From positions 832,001 through 896,000 of the forward strand of contig OZ241863.1 of assembly GCA_965203055.1 (NCBI GenBank): 64,000 nt of DNA, in the 5' to 3' direction. Under the pieces are notes generated by a model that was not told where the DNA came from, did no database searches, and saw only the letters and a program-made list of their open reading frames with translations. Both the position numbers and the translations under genes were made by a program. Shown piece by piece: positions 1 to 10,515 of this stretch. The DNA is from Spirochaetia bacterium (GTDB taxonomy: Bacteria; Spirochaetota; Spirochaetia; SZUA-6; Bin103). Positions within the stretch are counted from its first letter, which is position 1. The number at the start of each line of letters is the position of its first letter.

Positions 1-497
1 AGCTGGGCATCATGAACACCCGCTGGGCGATGCTGCTGCCAAGCGCGATGGGCGTGTGGAACGTGATCATCACCCGCACCTACTACCAGTCCTACGTCCC
101 GAGCGAGCTGCTGGAGGCGGCCAGGATCGACGGCGCCAGCGACTTCTCGTTCGTGTGGCGGGTGGTGATTCCGCTGTCGGGCGCCATCACCGCGGTGAAC
201 GTGCTGTTCTACGCGGTGGGTCACTGGAACTCCTACTTCCCGGCGCTGCTCTACCTGCACGATCAGAACCTGTTTCCGCTGCAGCTCTTCCTGCGCCAGA
301 TCCTGATCATCAATGACATCGACACCGACATGATGCAGAACCTCGACGTGGCGCTGATCGACGAAGGCCGGCTGGGGCTGATGGAGTTGATCAAGTTCGC
401 GATCATCATCGTGGCCAGCCTGCCGGTGCTGTGCATCTACCCGTTCGTGCAGAAACATTTCATCAAGGGTGTCATGATCGGCTCCCTGAAGGGTTGA
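1..497 (+). CDS. Carbohydrate ABC transporter permease (MalG/LplC-like), 5' truncated by window edge
   Basis: EAA loop ELLEAARIDGAS; typical C-terminus YPFVQKHFIKGVMIGSLKG. Confidence 0.9.
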   Translation, partial: LGIMNTRWAMLLPSAMGVWNVIITRTYYQSYVPSELLEAARIDGASDFSFVWRVVIPLSGAITAVNVLFYAVGHWNSYFPALLYLHDQNLFPLQLFLRQILIINDIDTDMMQNLDVALIDEGRLGLMELIKFAIIIVASLPVLCIYPFVQKHFIKGVMIGSLKG

Positions 498-565
498 CCC
501 GTGACCGGGCCGGCCCGCGGGCAACACGGCCGCCGGAGCGGCGGACGACGGACAAGGAGAAGGAC

Positions 566-2209
566 ATGCGACTGAGACGTGTGCCTCGGGGGAGCGGCCT
601 GGCGCTGCTCATCTTGCTCCTGACGGGAGCGCAGGCGGCCTTCGCCGGCGGCGAAGAGGAGGGCGCCGCGGCCGCCGGGGTGATGATCAACGGGGTGGGC
701 CAGTTGCCGATTGTCGACCAGCCCTACACCTTGAGCGTGGCGGCGATCATCCCGCCCAACATCGTCGACATCAGCACCAACACGGCCACGCAATGGGTCG
801 AGGAACGGACCAACGTCAAGATCGAGTGGCAGACCCTGCAGTGGGGCGGCGAGGGGCGCAACAAGGCGAACCTGATGCTGGCCAGCGGCGCCGACCTGCC
901 CGACGTCTTCCTCGGCAACCAGATCGTGCGCGGCGTCGACTTCGCCTACGGCTCGCAGCGGCTGCTGGTCCCGCTCAACGACTACCTCGAAGACGAGTCG
1001 GTGCACATAAGGAAGCTGTACGAGCAGCTCCCGCTCACCGCCAGCCAGATGACCATGCCGGACGGCAACATCTACTCGATCGGCTCGATGTCGCTGATCC
1101 GCCAGAACCGGCCCTACGCCAAGGCGTGGTACAACGACCAGTTCATGGAGACGCTGGGTCTGGGCATTCCCGACACCACCGACGGCTTCCTGGAGCTGCT
1201 GCGCAAGGCCAAGGTCACCGACGTGAACGGCAACGGCGACCCCAACGACGAGATCCCGTTTACCGGAGAGAAGGGCGAGATTCCGCAGCTGTTCACCATG
1301 AACGCGTTCGTGTACGTCGACGGGAAGCGCATCAACGTCGATGAGAACGGCGCCCTGTGGAGCCCGATCGTCAGCGAACAGTTCCGCGCCGGCCTGCGCT
1401 ACCAGCACCGGCTCTACGCCGAGGGGCTGTGGGATCGGGAGCAGTTCGTGCAGGACCAGCAGCAGATGAAGCAACTGGTGATGGGCGGCGACGCGGCGCG
1501 GCCGGTGATCATCTCCCAGCACATCAAGAACCGCTTCATCGACGCCGGCCACGCGACGTACCGGAACTGGTTCAACAACTACCCGCCGCTGCAGGGGCCG
1601 GACGGGCACCGCACCGCGGCGTTCAACCCGTTCTCCACGGTCCCGGGCTGGGGCGCCATCACCAGCGCCGCGCCGGAGCCGCTGGTCGCCTGGCGCTGGT
1701 TCGACTTCCTGGCCACCCAGGAGGCGCAGTGGCGCATCTATCAGGGCGAACAGGGGAGTGACTGGGACTATCCGGCGGAGGGCGAGGTCAGCTTCTACGG
1801 GACCCCGGCCAACCTGATCGAGAAGGTGTTCATGTGGGCCGAGCAGGAGCAGAACCGCGCCTGGCTGTGGCTCTACCCGCGCCAGGGGTACGAATTCCGC
1901 ACCGTCGACGACGGCGATCCCTACAACGAGGCGGGCCGCCTGTACCGCCAGTCACTCAAGTACTGGGAGTACGTGCCGGATGAAAAGCTGGTGCTGCCGG
2001 TGCTCAACATGACCGAGGACGAGAACGACGAGTACCAGGCGCTGCGCACGGAGATCATGGCGTATCACAACGAGAGCTGGGTGAAGTTCATCACCGGGGA
2101 TCTGAACGTGGCCGCCGACTGGGACGAGTACGTCGCCACCCTGGAGCGGATGGGCTTGAACCGCATGGTGGAGATCGCGCAGACGGTCTACGACCGCCAG
2201 TACCGCTAG
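566..2209 (+). CDS. Carbohydrate ABC transporter extracellular solute-binding protein
   Basis: RBS aaggagaagga before ATG 566; signal peptide; DxNGNGxxDEIPF and KFITG motifs of LplA-like SBPs; follows permease. Confidence 0.88.
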   Translation: MRLRRVPRGSGLALLILLLTGAQAAFAGGEEEGAAAAGVMINGVGQLPIVDQPYTLSVAAIIPPNIVDISTNTATQWVEERTNVKIEWQTLQWGGEGRNKANLMLASGADLPDVFLGNQIVRGVDFAYGSQRLLVPLNDYLEDESVHIRKLYEQLPLTASQMTMPDGNIYSIGSMSLIRQNRPYAKAWYNDQFMETLGLGIPDTTDGFLELLRKAKVTDVNGNGDPNDEIPFTGEKGEIPQLFTMNAFVYVDGKRINVDENGALWSPIVSEQFRAGLRYQHRLYAEGLWDREQFVQDQQQMKQLVMGGDAARPVIISQHIKNRFIDAGHATYRNWFNNYPPLQGPDGHRTAAFNPFSTVPGWGAITSAAPEPLVAWRWFDFLATQEAQWRIYQGEQGSDWDYPAEGEVSFYGTPANLIEKVFMWAEQEQNRAWLWLYPRQGYEFRTVDDGDPYNEAGRLYRQSLKYWEYVPDEKLVLPVLNMTEDENDEYQALRTEIMAYHNESWVKFITGDLNVAADWDEYVATLERMGLNRMVEIAQTVYDRQYR

Positions 2210-2281
2210 CGGCCCCGGCGGGGCGGCAGGGCAGGGGCTGCGGCAGGGGCAGGGCCGCGCAGCCCCCGCCCGCCGCCGGTA

Positions 2282-2308
2282 CGGCTGCCGCCGGCGGGGC
2301 GGCAGCCG
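2282..2308. terminator. GC-rich hairpin between convergent SBP genes, possible terminator
   Basis: 11-bp stem cggctgccgcc (2282-2292)/ggcggcagccg (2298-2308); no U-tract. Confidence 0.35.
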
Positions 2309-2368
2309 GCAGGGTTGCGCCACGCGCAGCCCCGCCGCGCCGCCCGCCGTCCGCGGACCGGAAGCGAT

Positions 2369-3964
2369 CTAGCGGTAGTCGCCGATCTCCTGCAGGAAGC
2401 GGGTGTGAGCCGCGTGATGCAGCTCGACGTAGCGGTCGATCTGCATGTTCTTCATCTGCTGCAGGTAGCCGTCCCACTCCCTGTCGAGGTCGCCGATGCC
2501 GGTGATCCAGCGCGCCTCGTTGCTCTTCCAGAGCGTCTCGATGTCGGTGCGCAGGTTGTTGACCTCGGTCTGCTCGTCGGACGCGAATTCGGCGCGCACC
2601 CACTGTTCCTTGGCCTTGAAGCGCACGTAGTGCTCGTAATACTGGTCGTACAGGAACTGGGTGGACTGATCCATCGCCAGCCGCGCGCCAAAATCTTCCT
2701 CCCGGAAGATGCTGGGAAACGTGCCGCTGGTGGAGATCTGAATCCGGCGCTCGGGGTCGATCGGCTGCGGCACCCATACGCCGTCCACCTGCTTCACCCC
2801 TTCCGGGATGACGCCGTATTGCGCCTGCACGCTGTTTTCCAGGGTGTAGAAGCGGTCCACCCATGCCATGGTGTGCTCGGGGTAGGGATTGGCGTCGGTC
2901 ATGAACCACACGTTCTTGATCGCCAGCCGCCCCGGATGCACCCACATCTCCGGTTCGTAGCCGGGGGCGCGCAGCGGCGGGATCGACACGAACTCGGCGC
3001 GGTTGGCGGTGACGTCGTTGACCGCGGTGAACCCGCGCCGCGCGATGACGAAGCCGTAGCTGTTGCCGGCGGGGTCGTCCACCTTGGCGTTGAAGTCGCT
3101 GGCGGTCTGGGTGAAGCTCTCCGGATCGATCAGTCCCTCCGCGTAGAGGCCGGCGAGATACTCGATCATGTCCCGGTAGGCGGGCGTGATCGGCGCGAAG
3201 TAGGCTTGGCCGTCGCGGATGGCGATGCCGTTCTTGGTGGGCATGCCCCAGATGCCGTACATCGAACGCAGGTGCTGGGCGAATCCGTCGTTGGCCACGA
3301 AGGCGAACGGGATCTCGTCGGCCTTGCCGTTGCCGTTGGGATCGCCGTCGCGGAAGGCGATCAGCACGTCGCGCAGCTCCCCGGTGGTGGCGGGAATCCG
3401 CAGCCCCAACGCGTCCAGCCAGCGCTGGTTGATCATGTAGTTCTGCTCCAGGTAGTTGGACTCCAGGAACAGGAACCGGGCCAGCGACTGCATCTGCCCC
3501 TGCGGGTTGAGCATGTAGGCCAGCGCCTCCGGCTTCTCGGCGAAGATGCGGTCCAGGTTGGGCGTGTAGCCCTTGCCGAGGTGCGGCCGCAGGTCGGCCA
3601 CCACGCCCTCCTGCAGCAGCTTGGCGATCAGGTTCTTCTCCAGGCCGCCGACGCCGAGCATCAGATGCGGGTAGTCATCGGAGGCGAACACGATCGACAT
3701 CTTCTCGATGTTGTCGATCGGCACGAAGTCGAGCGTGACGCCGGTCGGCTCCTCCCAGCTTTGGACCCACGGGTTGTCGTTGGGGTCATGCGGCCAACGT
3801 CCCGCGTGCCATCCGGCCACCAGGGTGATGCCCGGCTCCACCGGGAAGATCCCCGGCGCGGTCAAGTCGACGGCGCTGGCGCCCTCCTCGGCGCCGGCGG
3901 CGAACACGAGCAGCGGCGACGCCAGCAGCGCCCCCGCCAGAACGGCTCTGAGTGCAGTTGTCAT
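2369..3964 (-). CDS. Carbohydrate ABC transporter extracellular solute-binding protein
   Basis: ggagg RBS; signal peptide ending VFAAGAEE; DPNGNGKADEIPF motif; downstream of two permeases. Confidence 0.88.
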   Translation of the reverse strand: MTTALRAVLAGALLASPLLVFAAGAEEGASAVDLTAPGIFPVEPGITLVAGWHAGRWPHDPNDNPWVQSWEEPTGVTLDFVPIDNIEKMSIVFASDDYPHLMLGVGGLEKNLIAKLLQEGVVADLRPHLGKGYTPNLDRIFAEKPEALAYMLNPQGQMQSLARFLFLESNYLEQNYMINQRWLDALGLRIPATTGELRDVLIAFRDGDPNGNGKADEIPFAFVANDGFAQHLRSMYGIWGMPTKNGIAIRDGQAYFAPITPAYRDMIEYLAGLYAEGLIDPESFTQTASDFNAKVDDPAGNSYGFVIARRGFTAVNDVTANRAEFVSIPPLRAPGYEPEMWVHPGRLAIKNVWFMTDANPYPEHTMAWVDRFYTLENSVQAQYGVIPEGVKQVDGVWVPQPIDPERRIQISTSGTFPSIFREEDFGARLAMDQSTQFLYDQYYEHYVRFKAKEQWVRAEFASDEQTEVNNLRTDIETLWKSNEARWITGIGDLDREWDGYLQQMKNMQIDRYVELHHAAHTRFLQEIGDYR

Positions 3965-4051
3965 TTGCACCCTCCTTGTGTGTGATGTGTCCCGGCAGGC
4001 GGGACCGGTGGTGCCATTACGGCCCCCACTTCTTCGTATACCGGATAGCAG

Positions 4052-4954
4052 CTACCCCTTGATCGAGCCGACCATGATGCCCTTGACGAAGTGCCGCTGG
4101 ATGAAGGGGTAGAGGATCATCAGCGGGGCTATGGCGACTACGATTATACCGTAGCGCAGCAGGTCGGCGATGAACTGGCGGCGCTGGATCTCCTCCGGCG
4201 ACATGGTCTCCAGGCCCTCGCCGCCGCCGGTCAGGAGCTGGTTCAGAATCAGCAGCCGGCGCAGCACCAGTTGCAGCGGGTACTTGGACTGCTCGTTGAT
4301 GAACAGCAGGGCGTGGAAGAAGGCATTCCAGTTCTGCACCACGTTGAACAGCACCACGATGGCGATGATCGCCTGCCCCACCGGCAGCACGATGCTGATG
4401 AAGAACCGCGTATTGGTGCAGCCGTCGAGCTGCGCCGACTCCAACAGCTCGTCGGGGATGTTGGATTGGAAGAAGGTGCGCGCCACGATCAGGTTGAACA
4501 CGTTCACCGCGTTGGGAAGCATCAGCGCCCACACCGAGTTGTTGAGCCCGAGGCGCCGCACCACCACGTAGAACGGGATGATGCCGCCGGTGAAGTAGAG
4601 GGTGAACACGAAGTAGAACATGATCAGCCCGCGCGCGCGCAGGTCGCGCCGCGACAGGGCGTAGGCGGCGGGGATGGTCAGCAGCAGGGAGATGACGGTC
4701 TGGCCCACGGCGTAGATCAGCGAGTTGCGGTAGCCGATCAGAATGCGGTTGTCGCGCAGGATGTAGGAATACCCCTCCAGGTTGAAGCCGCGCGGCCACA
4801 GGTAGACGTGGCCGGCGGACACCATGGTAGGCGAGCTGACGGAGGCGATGACGACGAAGTAGACCGGATACAGGGTCGCCGCCAGCACCAGCGCCAGCAG
4901 CGTCACGTTCACCCCGTCGAACACCCGGTCGGCGCGGCTGCGAAAATCTACCAT
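4052..4954 (-). CDS. Carbohydrate ABC transporter permease (LplC/MalG-like)
   Basis: ELLESAQLDG EAA loop; multiple TM segments; YPFIQRHFVKGIMVGSIKG end. Confidence 0.92.
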   Translation of the reverse strand: MVDFRSRADRVFDGVNVTLLALVLAATLYPVYFVVIASVSSPTMVSAGHVYLWPRGFNLEGYSYILRDNRILIGYRNSLIYAVGQTVISLLLTIPAAYALSRRDLRARGLIMFYFVFTLYFTGGIIPFYVVVRRLGLNNSVWALMLPNAVNVFNLIVARTFFQSNIPDELLESAQLDGCTNTRFFISIVLPVGQAIIAIVVLFNVVQNWNAFFHALLFINEQSKYPLQLVLRRLLILNQLLTGGGEGLETMSPEEIQRRQFIADLLRYGIIVVAIAPLMILYPFIQRHFVKGIMVGSIKG

Positions 4955-4973
4955 CTGTCGTTGCCGGCTGCCG

Positions 4974-5963
4974 TTACCAGAGCGAGGCCTGCCCGAAGCG
5001 GCGGGCGAGGCGGTTGGCCAGCACCAGGATGCCGAAGTTGACGACGGTCTCCAGCAGCTCCACCGCGGTGGCGTAGTCGTACTGGGTCTGGCGGATGCCG
5101 GCGCGGTACACGTAGGTGGACACCACCTCCATGGTCGAGATGTTGAGGTCGTTCTGCATCAGCAGCACCTTCTCGAAGCCGATGGTGAGCAGTACTCCGA
5201 GGCGCATGATGAGCAGGATCGTGACGGTGGGCATGATCCAGGGGAGGTCGACGTGCCAGATGATCTGCAGCTTGTTGGCGCCGTCGCAGAACGCGGCTTC
5301 GCGCAGGGAGGAGTCGACGGCGCTGAGCGCGGCCAGAAAGATGATCGCATGGAAGCCGGCGTTCTGCCACAGCTCGGAGAGTACGTACAGCGCCGGCCCC
5401 CAGTTCGGGTTGGCCATGAAGAAGATGCGCTCGCCGCCGAGCAGCGCGATCAGCGAGTTGACCACTCCGATGCGGGGGCTCAGAAAGAAGTAGAGGATGC
5501 TGACCACCACCACCGTGGAGATGAAGTGCGGAGCGTAGGTCACCATCTGCACGCTCTTCTTGAAGAAGCGGCTGCGCGCCTCGTTGATCATCAGCGCCAG
5601 GGCCAGCGGGATCGGCCAGGTGGCGAGGGTGGAGAGCGCGATGACGACGGTGTTGCGCAGCACCGGGAGGAAGTACGCCGAGTTGAAGAAGCGGATGAAG
5701 TGGGCGAACTCGTTCCACTCCGGGGCCGAGCGCCCGGTGCGCAGCGAGAAGCCGTCAGTGAAGGCGATGCGCAGGCCGTAGATCGGCAGGTAGCGGAACA
5801 GCAGCACGTGGATCACCGCCGGCAGCACGAACAGGTACAGCTCCCACGAGCGCAGCAGGTAGCGCCCGAGTTCGCGGGCGCGCGCTGCCGCGCGCCCGCG
5901 GCCGGCGGCGCCGCCGGCCGGGGCCGGCGGCGCCGCCGGCCGGGCCGTCTGAGAGCGCCTCAC
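4974..5963 (-). CDS. Carbohydrate ABC transporter permease (LplB/MalF-like)
   Basis: YAPHFISTVVV, EAAFCDGA, GFEKVLLMQN motifs. Confidence 0.92.
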   Translation of the reverse strand: MRRSQTARPAAPPAPAGGAAGRGRAAARARELGRYLLRSWELYLFVLPAVIHVLLFRYLPIYGLRIAFTDGFSLRTGRSAPEWNEFAHFIRFFNSAYFLPVLRNTVVIALSTLATWPIPLALALMINEARSRFFKKSVQMVTYAPHFISTVVVVSILYFFLSPRIGVVNSLIALLGGERIFFMANPNWGPALYVLSELWQNAGFHAIIFLAALSAVDSSLREAAFCDGANKLQIIWHVDLPWIMPTVTILLIMRLGVLLTIGFEKVLLMQNDLNISTMEVVSTYVYRAGIRQTQYDYATAVELLETVVNFGILVLANRLARRFGQASLW

Positions 5964-6592
5964 TTCACCCCGGCGTGAGCGGCCGCCCGCTCGACCGCCG
6001 CGCGCAGGCCGCCGTAGCGCACCTCGGCCGCGGCCTGCCGCGGCGCGCGCCGCATCAGGGAGCGCAGCGCGTTGAGGCCGATCTTCTGCTGCGCCGGGCG
6101 CTCACGGTCCAGAAACGCCCGCCCGAGGACGTAGAATGCCCACTGGCGGACGTCGAGCGGGTCGGGACGATCGGTCAGATCGTCCCGACCGAGCACGCAG
6201 AAGACGTAGACCTCCGCCGGCCGCCGCGGCTGCGGGAACTCCCTGGTCGTATTGGTCGCCGGGTCCCAGACCTGCTGCCGCGGGGCGATGTCGAACTGGA
6301 TGGCCGACGGGCGTTGCTGGTGCCACGCCTGCACGTAGGCCGCGCTCTTTACCTCCACGGTGACGCCCGACCGGGTCCGCAGGTCGTAGCCCGCCCACTC
6401 TTCGCGCGGTTGGTGCGTCACGTCGAGCGCCCGGGCGATCAGGAACTCGGCCAGCACGCCGCGCTCCACGTTATTCAGCAGATCGGAGCGCGACCAGCGC
6501 CAGTAGTCCAGCAGCGTCGCGTCGCAGGAGACGCCGCCGGTATGGAAGGGTTCGTCGCCGGACCGGAGTCCGGCCCTCGGGTGATCCTGCAT
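5960..6592 (-). CDS. Putative PD-(D/E)XK restriction-endonuclease-like protein
   Basis: GVLAEF...GYDL...VEVKS catalytic pattern; extended -10 TGcTACTCT 8 nt upstream of ATG 6592. Confidence 0.6.
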   Translation of the reverse strand: MQDHPRAGLRSGDEPFHTGGVSCDATLLDYWRWSRSDLLNNVERGVLAEFLIARALDVTHQPREEWAGYDLRTRSGVTVEVKSAAYVQAWHQQRPSAIQFDIAPRQQVWDPATNTTREFPQPRRPAEVYVFCVLGRDDLTDRPDPLDVRQWAFYVLGRAFLDRERPAQQKIGLNALRSLMRRAPRQAAAEVRYGGLRAAVERAAAHAGVK

Positions 6593-6684
6593 TCCGCGCG
6601 AGAGTAGCACGCCGCCGCCGCCAAAGTCTTGAACCGGCCGCGCGGCCCGCGCGGCCCTTTACCGGCGCCCGATTCGGCGTCAAG

Positions 6685-7467
6685 GTGGCAGCCGTGAAGC
6701 ACAACACCATGAAACGCAAGATGCTGGCCGGCGAGCCGGTGGTGGGCGCCGAACTGGCGCTCGGTTGCCCCGTGATCGGCGAGATGTTCTCGCTGGCCGG
6801 ATTCGACTTCGTGCAGGTGGACTGCCAGCACGGGATGTGGGACGACGCCGCGGCGTTCGCCGCCTTCCACCATATCTGCCTGGGACCGGCGACGCCGGCG
6901 GTACGGGTGCCGGACAACGACTACGCGGCCATCGGCCGGCTGCTGGACCGCGGCGCCCTGAGCATCATCGTGCCGATGGTCAACAGCCCGGAGGAGGCGC
7001 AGCGCGCCGCGCGGGCGGTGCGCTACCCGCCGCGCGGGGCCCGTTCCGGCGGCGCGCCCACCGGCTACCTGACCTACGGCCGCGACTACGCCTCCCGCGC
7101 CGACGACGAAGTCCTGCTGATGGTGCAGATCGAGACCCGGCGCGCGGCGCAGGCGGCGGAAGAGATCCTGAGCGTAGACGGGGTAGACGGCTGCATGATC
7201 GGGCCGGGCGACCTGAGCCGCAGCATGGGCCTCGACCTGAGCCGCGCCCCCGACCGCGCGCGCCACGCGCACGCGATCGGCGAGATTCGCGACGCCTGCA
7301 TCGGGGCCGGCAAGCTGCCCGGCATCGCCACCGGCGGGCGCGGCGCCGAGCAGTACCTCAAGGAGGGCTACCTGTTCGTGCTGGCGATGGGAGACTACGC
7401 GCTGATCGCCGACGGCGCCCGCAACGTCCTGCAGTGGATCGACGAGGTGCGCGGGCGGCGCGCATAG
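6685..7467 (+). CDS. HpcH/HpaI family aldolase
   Basis: DCQHG, VRVP, RYPPRGARS, QIET, IGPGDLS motifs. Confidence 0.9.
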   Translation: MAAVKHNTMKRKMLAGEPVVGAELALGCPVIGEMFSLAGFDFVQVDCQHGMWDDAAAFAAFHHICLGPATPAVRVPDNDYAAIGRLLDRGALSIIVPMVNSPEEAQRAARAVRYPPRGARSGGAPTGYLTYGRDYASRADDEVLLMVQIETRRAAQAAEEILSVDGVDGCMIGPGDLSRSMGLDLSRAPDRARHAHAIGEIRDACIGAGKLPGIATGGRGAEQYLKEGYLFVLAMGDYALIADGARNVLQWIDEVRGRRA

Positions 7468-7478
7468 GCCGGCGTCCG

Positions 7479-10400
7479 CTACCCTGCGCGCGGCCGGGAG
7501 GCAAGCGTGAACACGGTGTCGGTGATCCAGCGCTTGAAGCCGGCGTTGTCCATGAACTGCTTGAAGAGCTGGGTGTCGTCGCGCATCAGCGCGGTCATCA
7601 CCCGCAGCAGCGCCCGGTCGTGTTCGATGCGGGCGTTCTGCCGGTCGGAGTTGCGCTGCGCGTTGCGGAAGGCGGCGTCCGCGGCCACGCGGGCGGGTAT
7701 GGTCTCGATGATGAGTTGCCGCACCCGGTCGGCGTCTTCCCAGTGGATGTCGCCGAAGTGCTCGTTGAAGGCGCGCAGGATGTCGGACAGCCGCTCCAGT
7801 TCCGGTTCGGGCCGGCCGCCGCCGCCGGCGGCCGGCACCGGGTCGATCGCCGCGTCCCGGTCCGGCAGCAGGAGCCGCTGCAGCGCCTGCTTCTCGACCC
7901 GGTAGCTGTCCAGGTCGATGGCGTCGAGGATGCCCTTGGCCAAGTCCTCCTCCTCGGGCGCGGGCAGCTTGGGCACCAGGAAGTTGAGGAAGATCGAGCG
8001 CTTCTCCCAGCCGGCGTCGGTGTACGGCAGGACGGCCGACAGAAAGCCGTAGGTGCGGATGAAGCCCTTGGCGTTGCCCTTGAACGCGACTTGCCCGTCT
8101 TCGTCCAGCTCGCGCCGGTAGACCGCCACGCAGGCGTCGAGGATCGGATCGAGGCGCTCGCGGCCGGCGCCGTCCAGGTAGCGCCGCACGAACTCTTCGA
8201 CCTGCTCGTCGGAATAGACCTGGGCGCGGTCCAGGTCGGCCTGCAGATCGTGCAGCCGGTTGGGGTCGGTCTCGTCGGCCAGGATCGTGGCGCGGTAGTA
8301 GTCCGCGAAGGCGCCGCGGATGGTGTCGGCGTCGTTGAGGAAGTCGAGCACGAAGACGTCGTGCTTGCCGGGATGCGCGCGGTTGAGGCGCGACAGGGTC
8401 TGCACCGCCTTGATGCCGGACAGCGGCTTGTCGACGTACATCGTGTGCAGCAGCGGCTCGTCGTAGCCGGTCTGGAACTTGTCCGCGCAGACCAGGAAGC
8501 GATAGGGCTCCTCCCGGAACCGGTCGGCGATCTGCGCCGCGGGCAGGCCGTTCAGCGGCGCCTCGCTCACCCTGGCGCCGCCGAACTCATGTTCGCCGGA
8601 GAAGGCGACCAGCGCCCGGTACGGGCTCTTGCGCTCCGCGAGGTAGGCGCGGATGGCGAGGAAGTATTGGACGGCGCGCTCGATGCCGCCGGTGACCACC
8701 ATCGCCCGCGCTTCGCCGCCGATCTTGCGCCGCGCCAGCACCCGGTCGTGGAAGTGGTCGACCATGATCTCGGCCTTGAGGCGGATCGCGTGGTCGCTCC
8801 CCTCCACGAAGCGGCGCAGCTTCTTCTGCGCCTTGCGGGCGTCGAACTCCGGGTCGTCCGCAACCGTCTTGGCCAGCCTGTAGTAGCTGGTCACCGGCGT
8901 GTAGTGGGCCAGCACGTCGAGGATGAACCCCTCCTGGATCGCCTGCTTCATGGTGTAGCTGTGGAAGGCATGGTGCCGCACGGCGCCGTCCGGCTGCGGG
9001 TCGGGAGCGCCGAAGATCTCCAGCGTCTTGTGCTTGGGGGTGGCGGTGAACGCGAAGTAGCTGGCGTTGGCCAGCAGCTTGCGCGACTCCATCAGGCGGT
9101 TGATCCGATCCTCGTCGGTCTCCTCCTCGTCACCCTCCCCGCCCGTCCCGCCGGCTTCCGAGAGCGCTTGCGTCATGGCCGCGCTGGTGCGGCCGCCCTG
9201 GCTGGAATGCGCCTCGTCGATGACGATGGCGAAGCGCCGGCGGCGGTGCTCGCCGCCGATCTCGTCCAGGATGAGCGGGAACTTCTGCACCGTGGAGATG
9301 ATGATCTTCTTGCCGCTCTCGATGAAGCGGCGCAGGTCGCCCGAGCGTTCGGCGTGCGCGACGGTCGCCCCCACCTGGGCGTATTGGCGGATGGTGTCGC
9401 GAATCTGCCGGTCGAGGATGCGGCGGTCGGTAACCACGATGATCGAGGCGAACAGCGGCGCGTCGTCGCGCGTCAGCCCGATCAGTTGGTGCGCCAGCCA
9501 GGCGATGGAGTTGCTCTTGCCGCTGCCGGCCGAGTGCTGGATCAGGTAGCGCCGGCCGGCGCCGTTGGCGGCGGCGTCGGCCAGCAGGTTGCGCACTGCG
9601 CCGAGTTGGTGATACCGGGGCCAGATCTGCGTCCGCTTGCTGCGGCCGGACTTGGCGTCCTTCGACGCCACTACCTGGGCGTAATTCTCCAGGATGTCGG
9701 CCAGGCTGCGGCGGGTCAGCACCTCGCGCCACAGGTACTCGATCGCCAGCCCGTGGGGGTTGGGCGGGTTGCCGGCGCCGTCGTTCCAGCCGCGGTTGAA
9801 GGGCAGGAACCAGGAGGTCTTGCCGGTCAGGTGGGTGCAGAAGCGAACCTCGCGCTCATCGGCGGCGAAGTGCGCCACGCAGCGCCCAAACTCGAACAGC
9901 CGCTCGCGCGGGTTGCGGTCCTGCCGGTACTGCAGTACCGCGTCGGCCACGGTCTGCTTGGTGAGGCTGTTCTTCAGCTCGAAGGTGAACACCGGCAGGC
10001 CGTTGATGAACAGGCCGAGGTCGAGCGCCCGCTGCGCCTCGTCCCGGCTGTAGCGGAGCTGGCGGGTGACGGTGAAGCGGTTGCGCGCGAACCGTTCCTG
10101 CGCCGGCCGGTTGCCGGGCGACGGGGTGCCGTAGAACAGGTCCAGGTGGCGCGCGCCGTGCTTGACGCCGCGGCGCAGCACGTCGATGGTGCCGCGCTTG
10201 GCGACCTCGCCCTGCAGGCGGGCCAGAAACCGGCGCCGCGTCGGGCCATCGCGCGCCAAGTCCAATGCCTCGGCGGCCTCGGGCTGGGTAGCGTGCAGGA
10301 AGGCGGCGAGCTGAACCAGATCGACGCAGTGCTCGCGGTCGTAGTCGTGGAAGTTGCCGGCGCTCCATCCCACTCCGCCGTACCCGTCGTCCGGCTCGGC

Positions 10401-10505
10401 GATGATCCCTTCCGTGGTCCCTTCCGCCGGCGGATCGCACGGGAGCCCGGTCAGCCCCATGCAGATCAGCCGCTCCAGCCCCCGCTCCGACGTATCCGTA
10501 CTCAT
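7479..10505 (-). CDS. hsdR: Type I restriction endonuclease subunit R
   Basis: NGLPVFTFELKN nuclease motif; HSAGSGKS Walker [23 protein letters not shown]. Confidence 0.95.
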   Translation of the reverse strand: MSTDTSERGLERLICMGLTGLPCDPPAEGTTEGIIAEPDDGYGGVGWSAGNFHDYDREHCVDLVQLAAFLHATQPEAAEALDLARDGPTRRRFLARLQGEVAKRGTIDVLRRGVKHGARHLDLFYGTPSPGNRPAQERFARNRFTVTRQLRYSRDEAQRALDLGLFINGLPVFTFELKNSLTKQTVADAVLQYRQDRNPRERLFEFGRCVAHFAADEREVRFCTHLTGKTSWFLPFNRGWNDGAGNPPNPHGLAIEYLWREVLTRRSLADILENYAQVVASKDAKSGRSKRTQIWPRYHQLGAVRNLLADAAANGAGRRYLIQHSAGSGKSNSIAWLAHQLIGLTRDDAPLFASIIVVTDRRILDRQIRDTIRQYAQVGATVAHAERSGDLRRFIESGKKIIISTVQKFPLILDEIGGEHRRRRFAIVIDEAHSSQGGRTSAAMTQALSEAGGTGGEGDEEETDEDRINRLMESRKLLANASYFAFTATPKHKTLEIFGAPDPQPDGAVRHHAFHSYTMKQAIQEGFILDVLAHYTPVTSYYRLAKTVADDPEFDARKAQKKLRRFVEGSDHAIRLKAEIMVDHFHDRVLARRKIGGEARAMVVTGGIERAVQYFLAIRAYLAERKSPYRALVAFSGEHEFGGARVSEAPLNGLPAAQIADRFREEPYRFLVCADKFQTGYDEPLLHTMYVDKPLSGIKAVQTLSRLNRAHPGKHDVFVLDFLNDADTIRGAFADYYRATILADETDPNRLHDLQADLDRAQVYSDEQVEEFVRRYLDGAGRERLDPILDACVAVYRRELDEDGQVAFKGNAKGFIRTYGFLSAVLPYTDAGWEKRSIFLNFLVPKLPAPEEEDLAKGILDAIDLDSYRVEKQALQRLLLPDRDAAIDPVPAAGGGGRPEPELERLSDILRAFNEHFGDIHWEDADRVRQLIIETIPARVAADAAFRNAQRNSDRQNARIEHDRALLRVMTALMRDDTQLFKQFMDNAGFKRWITDTVFTLASRPRAG

Positions 10506-10515
10506 TGCCGCTGCC

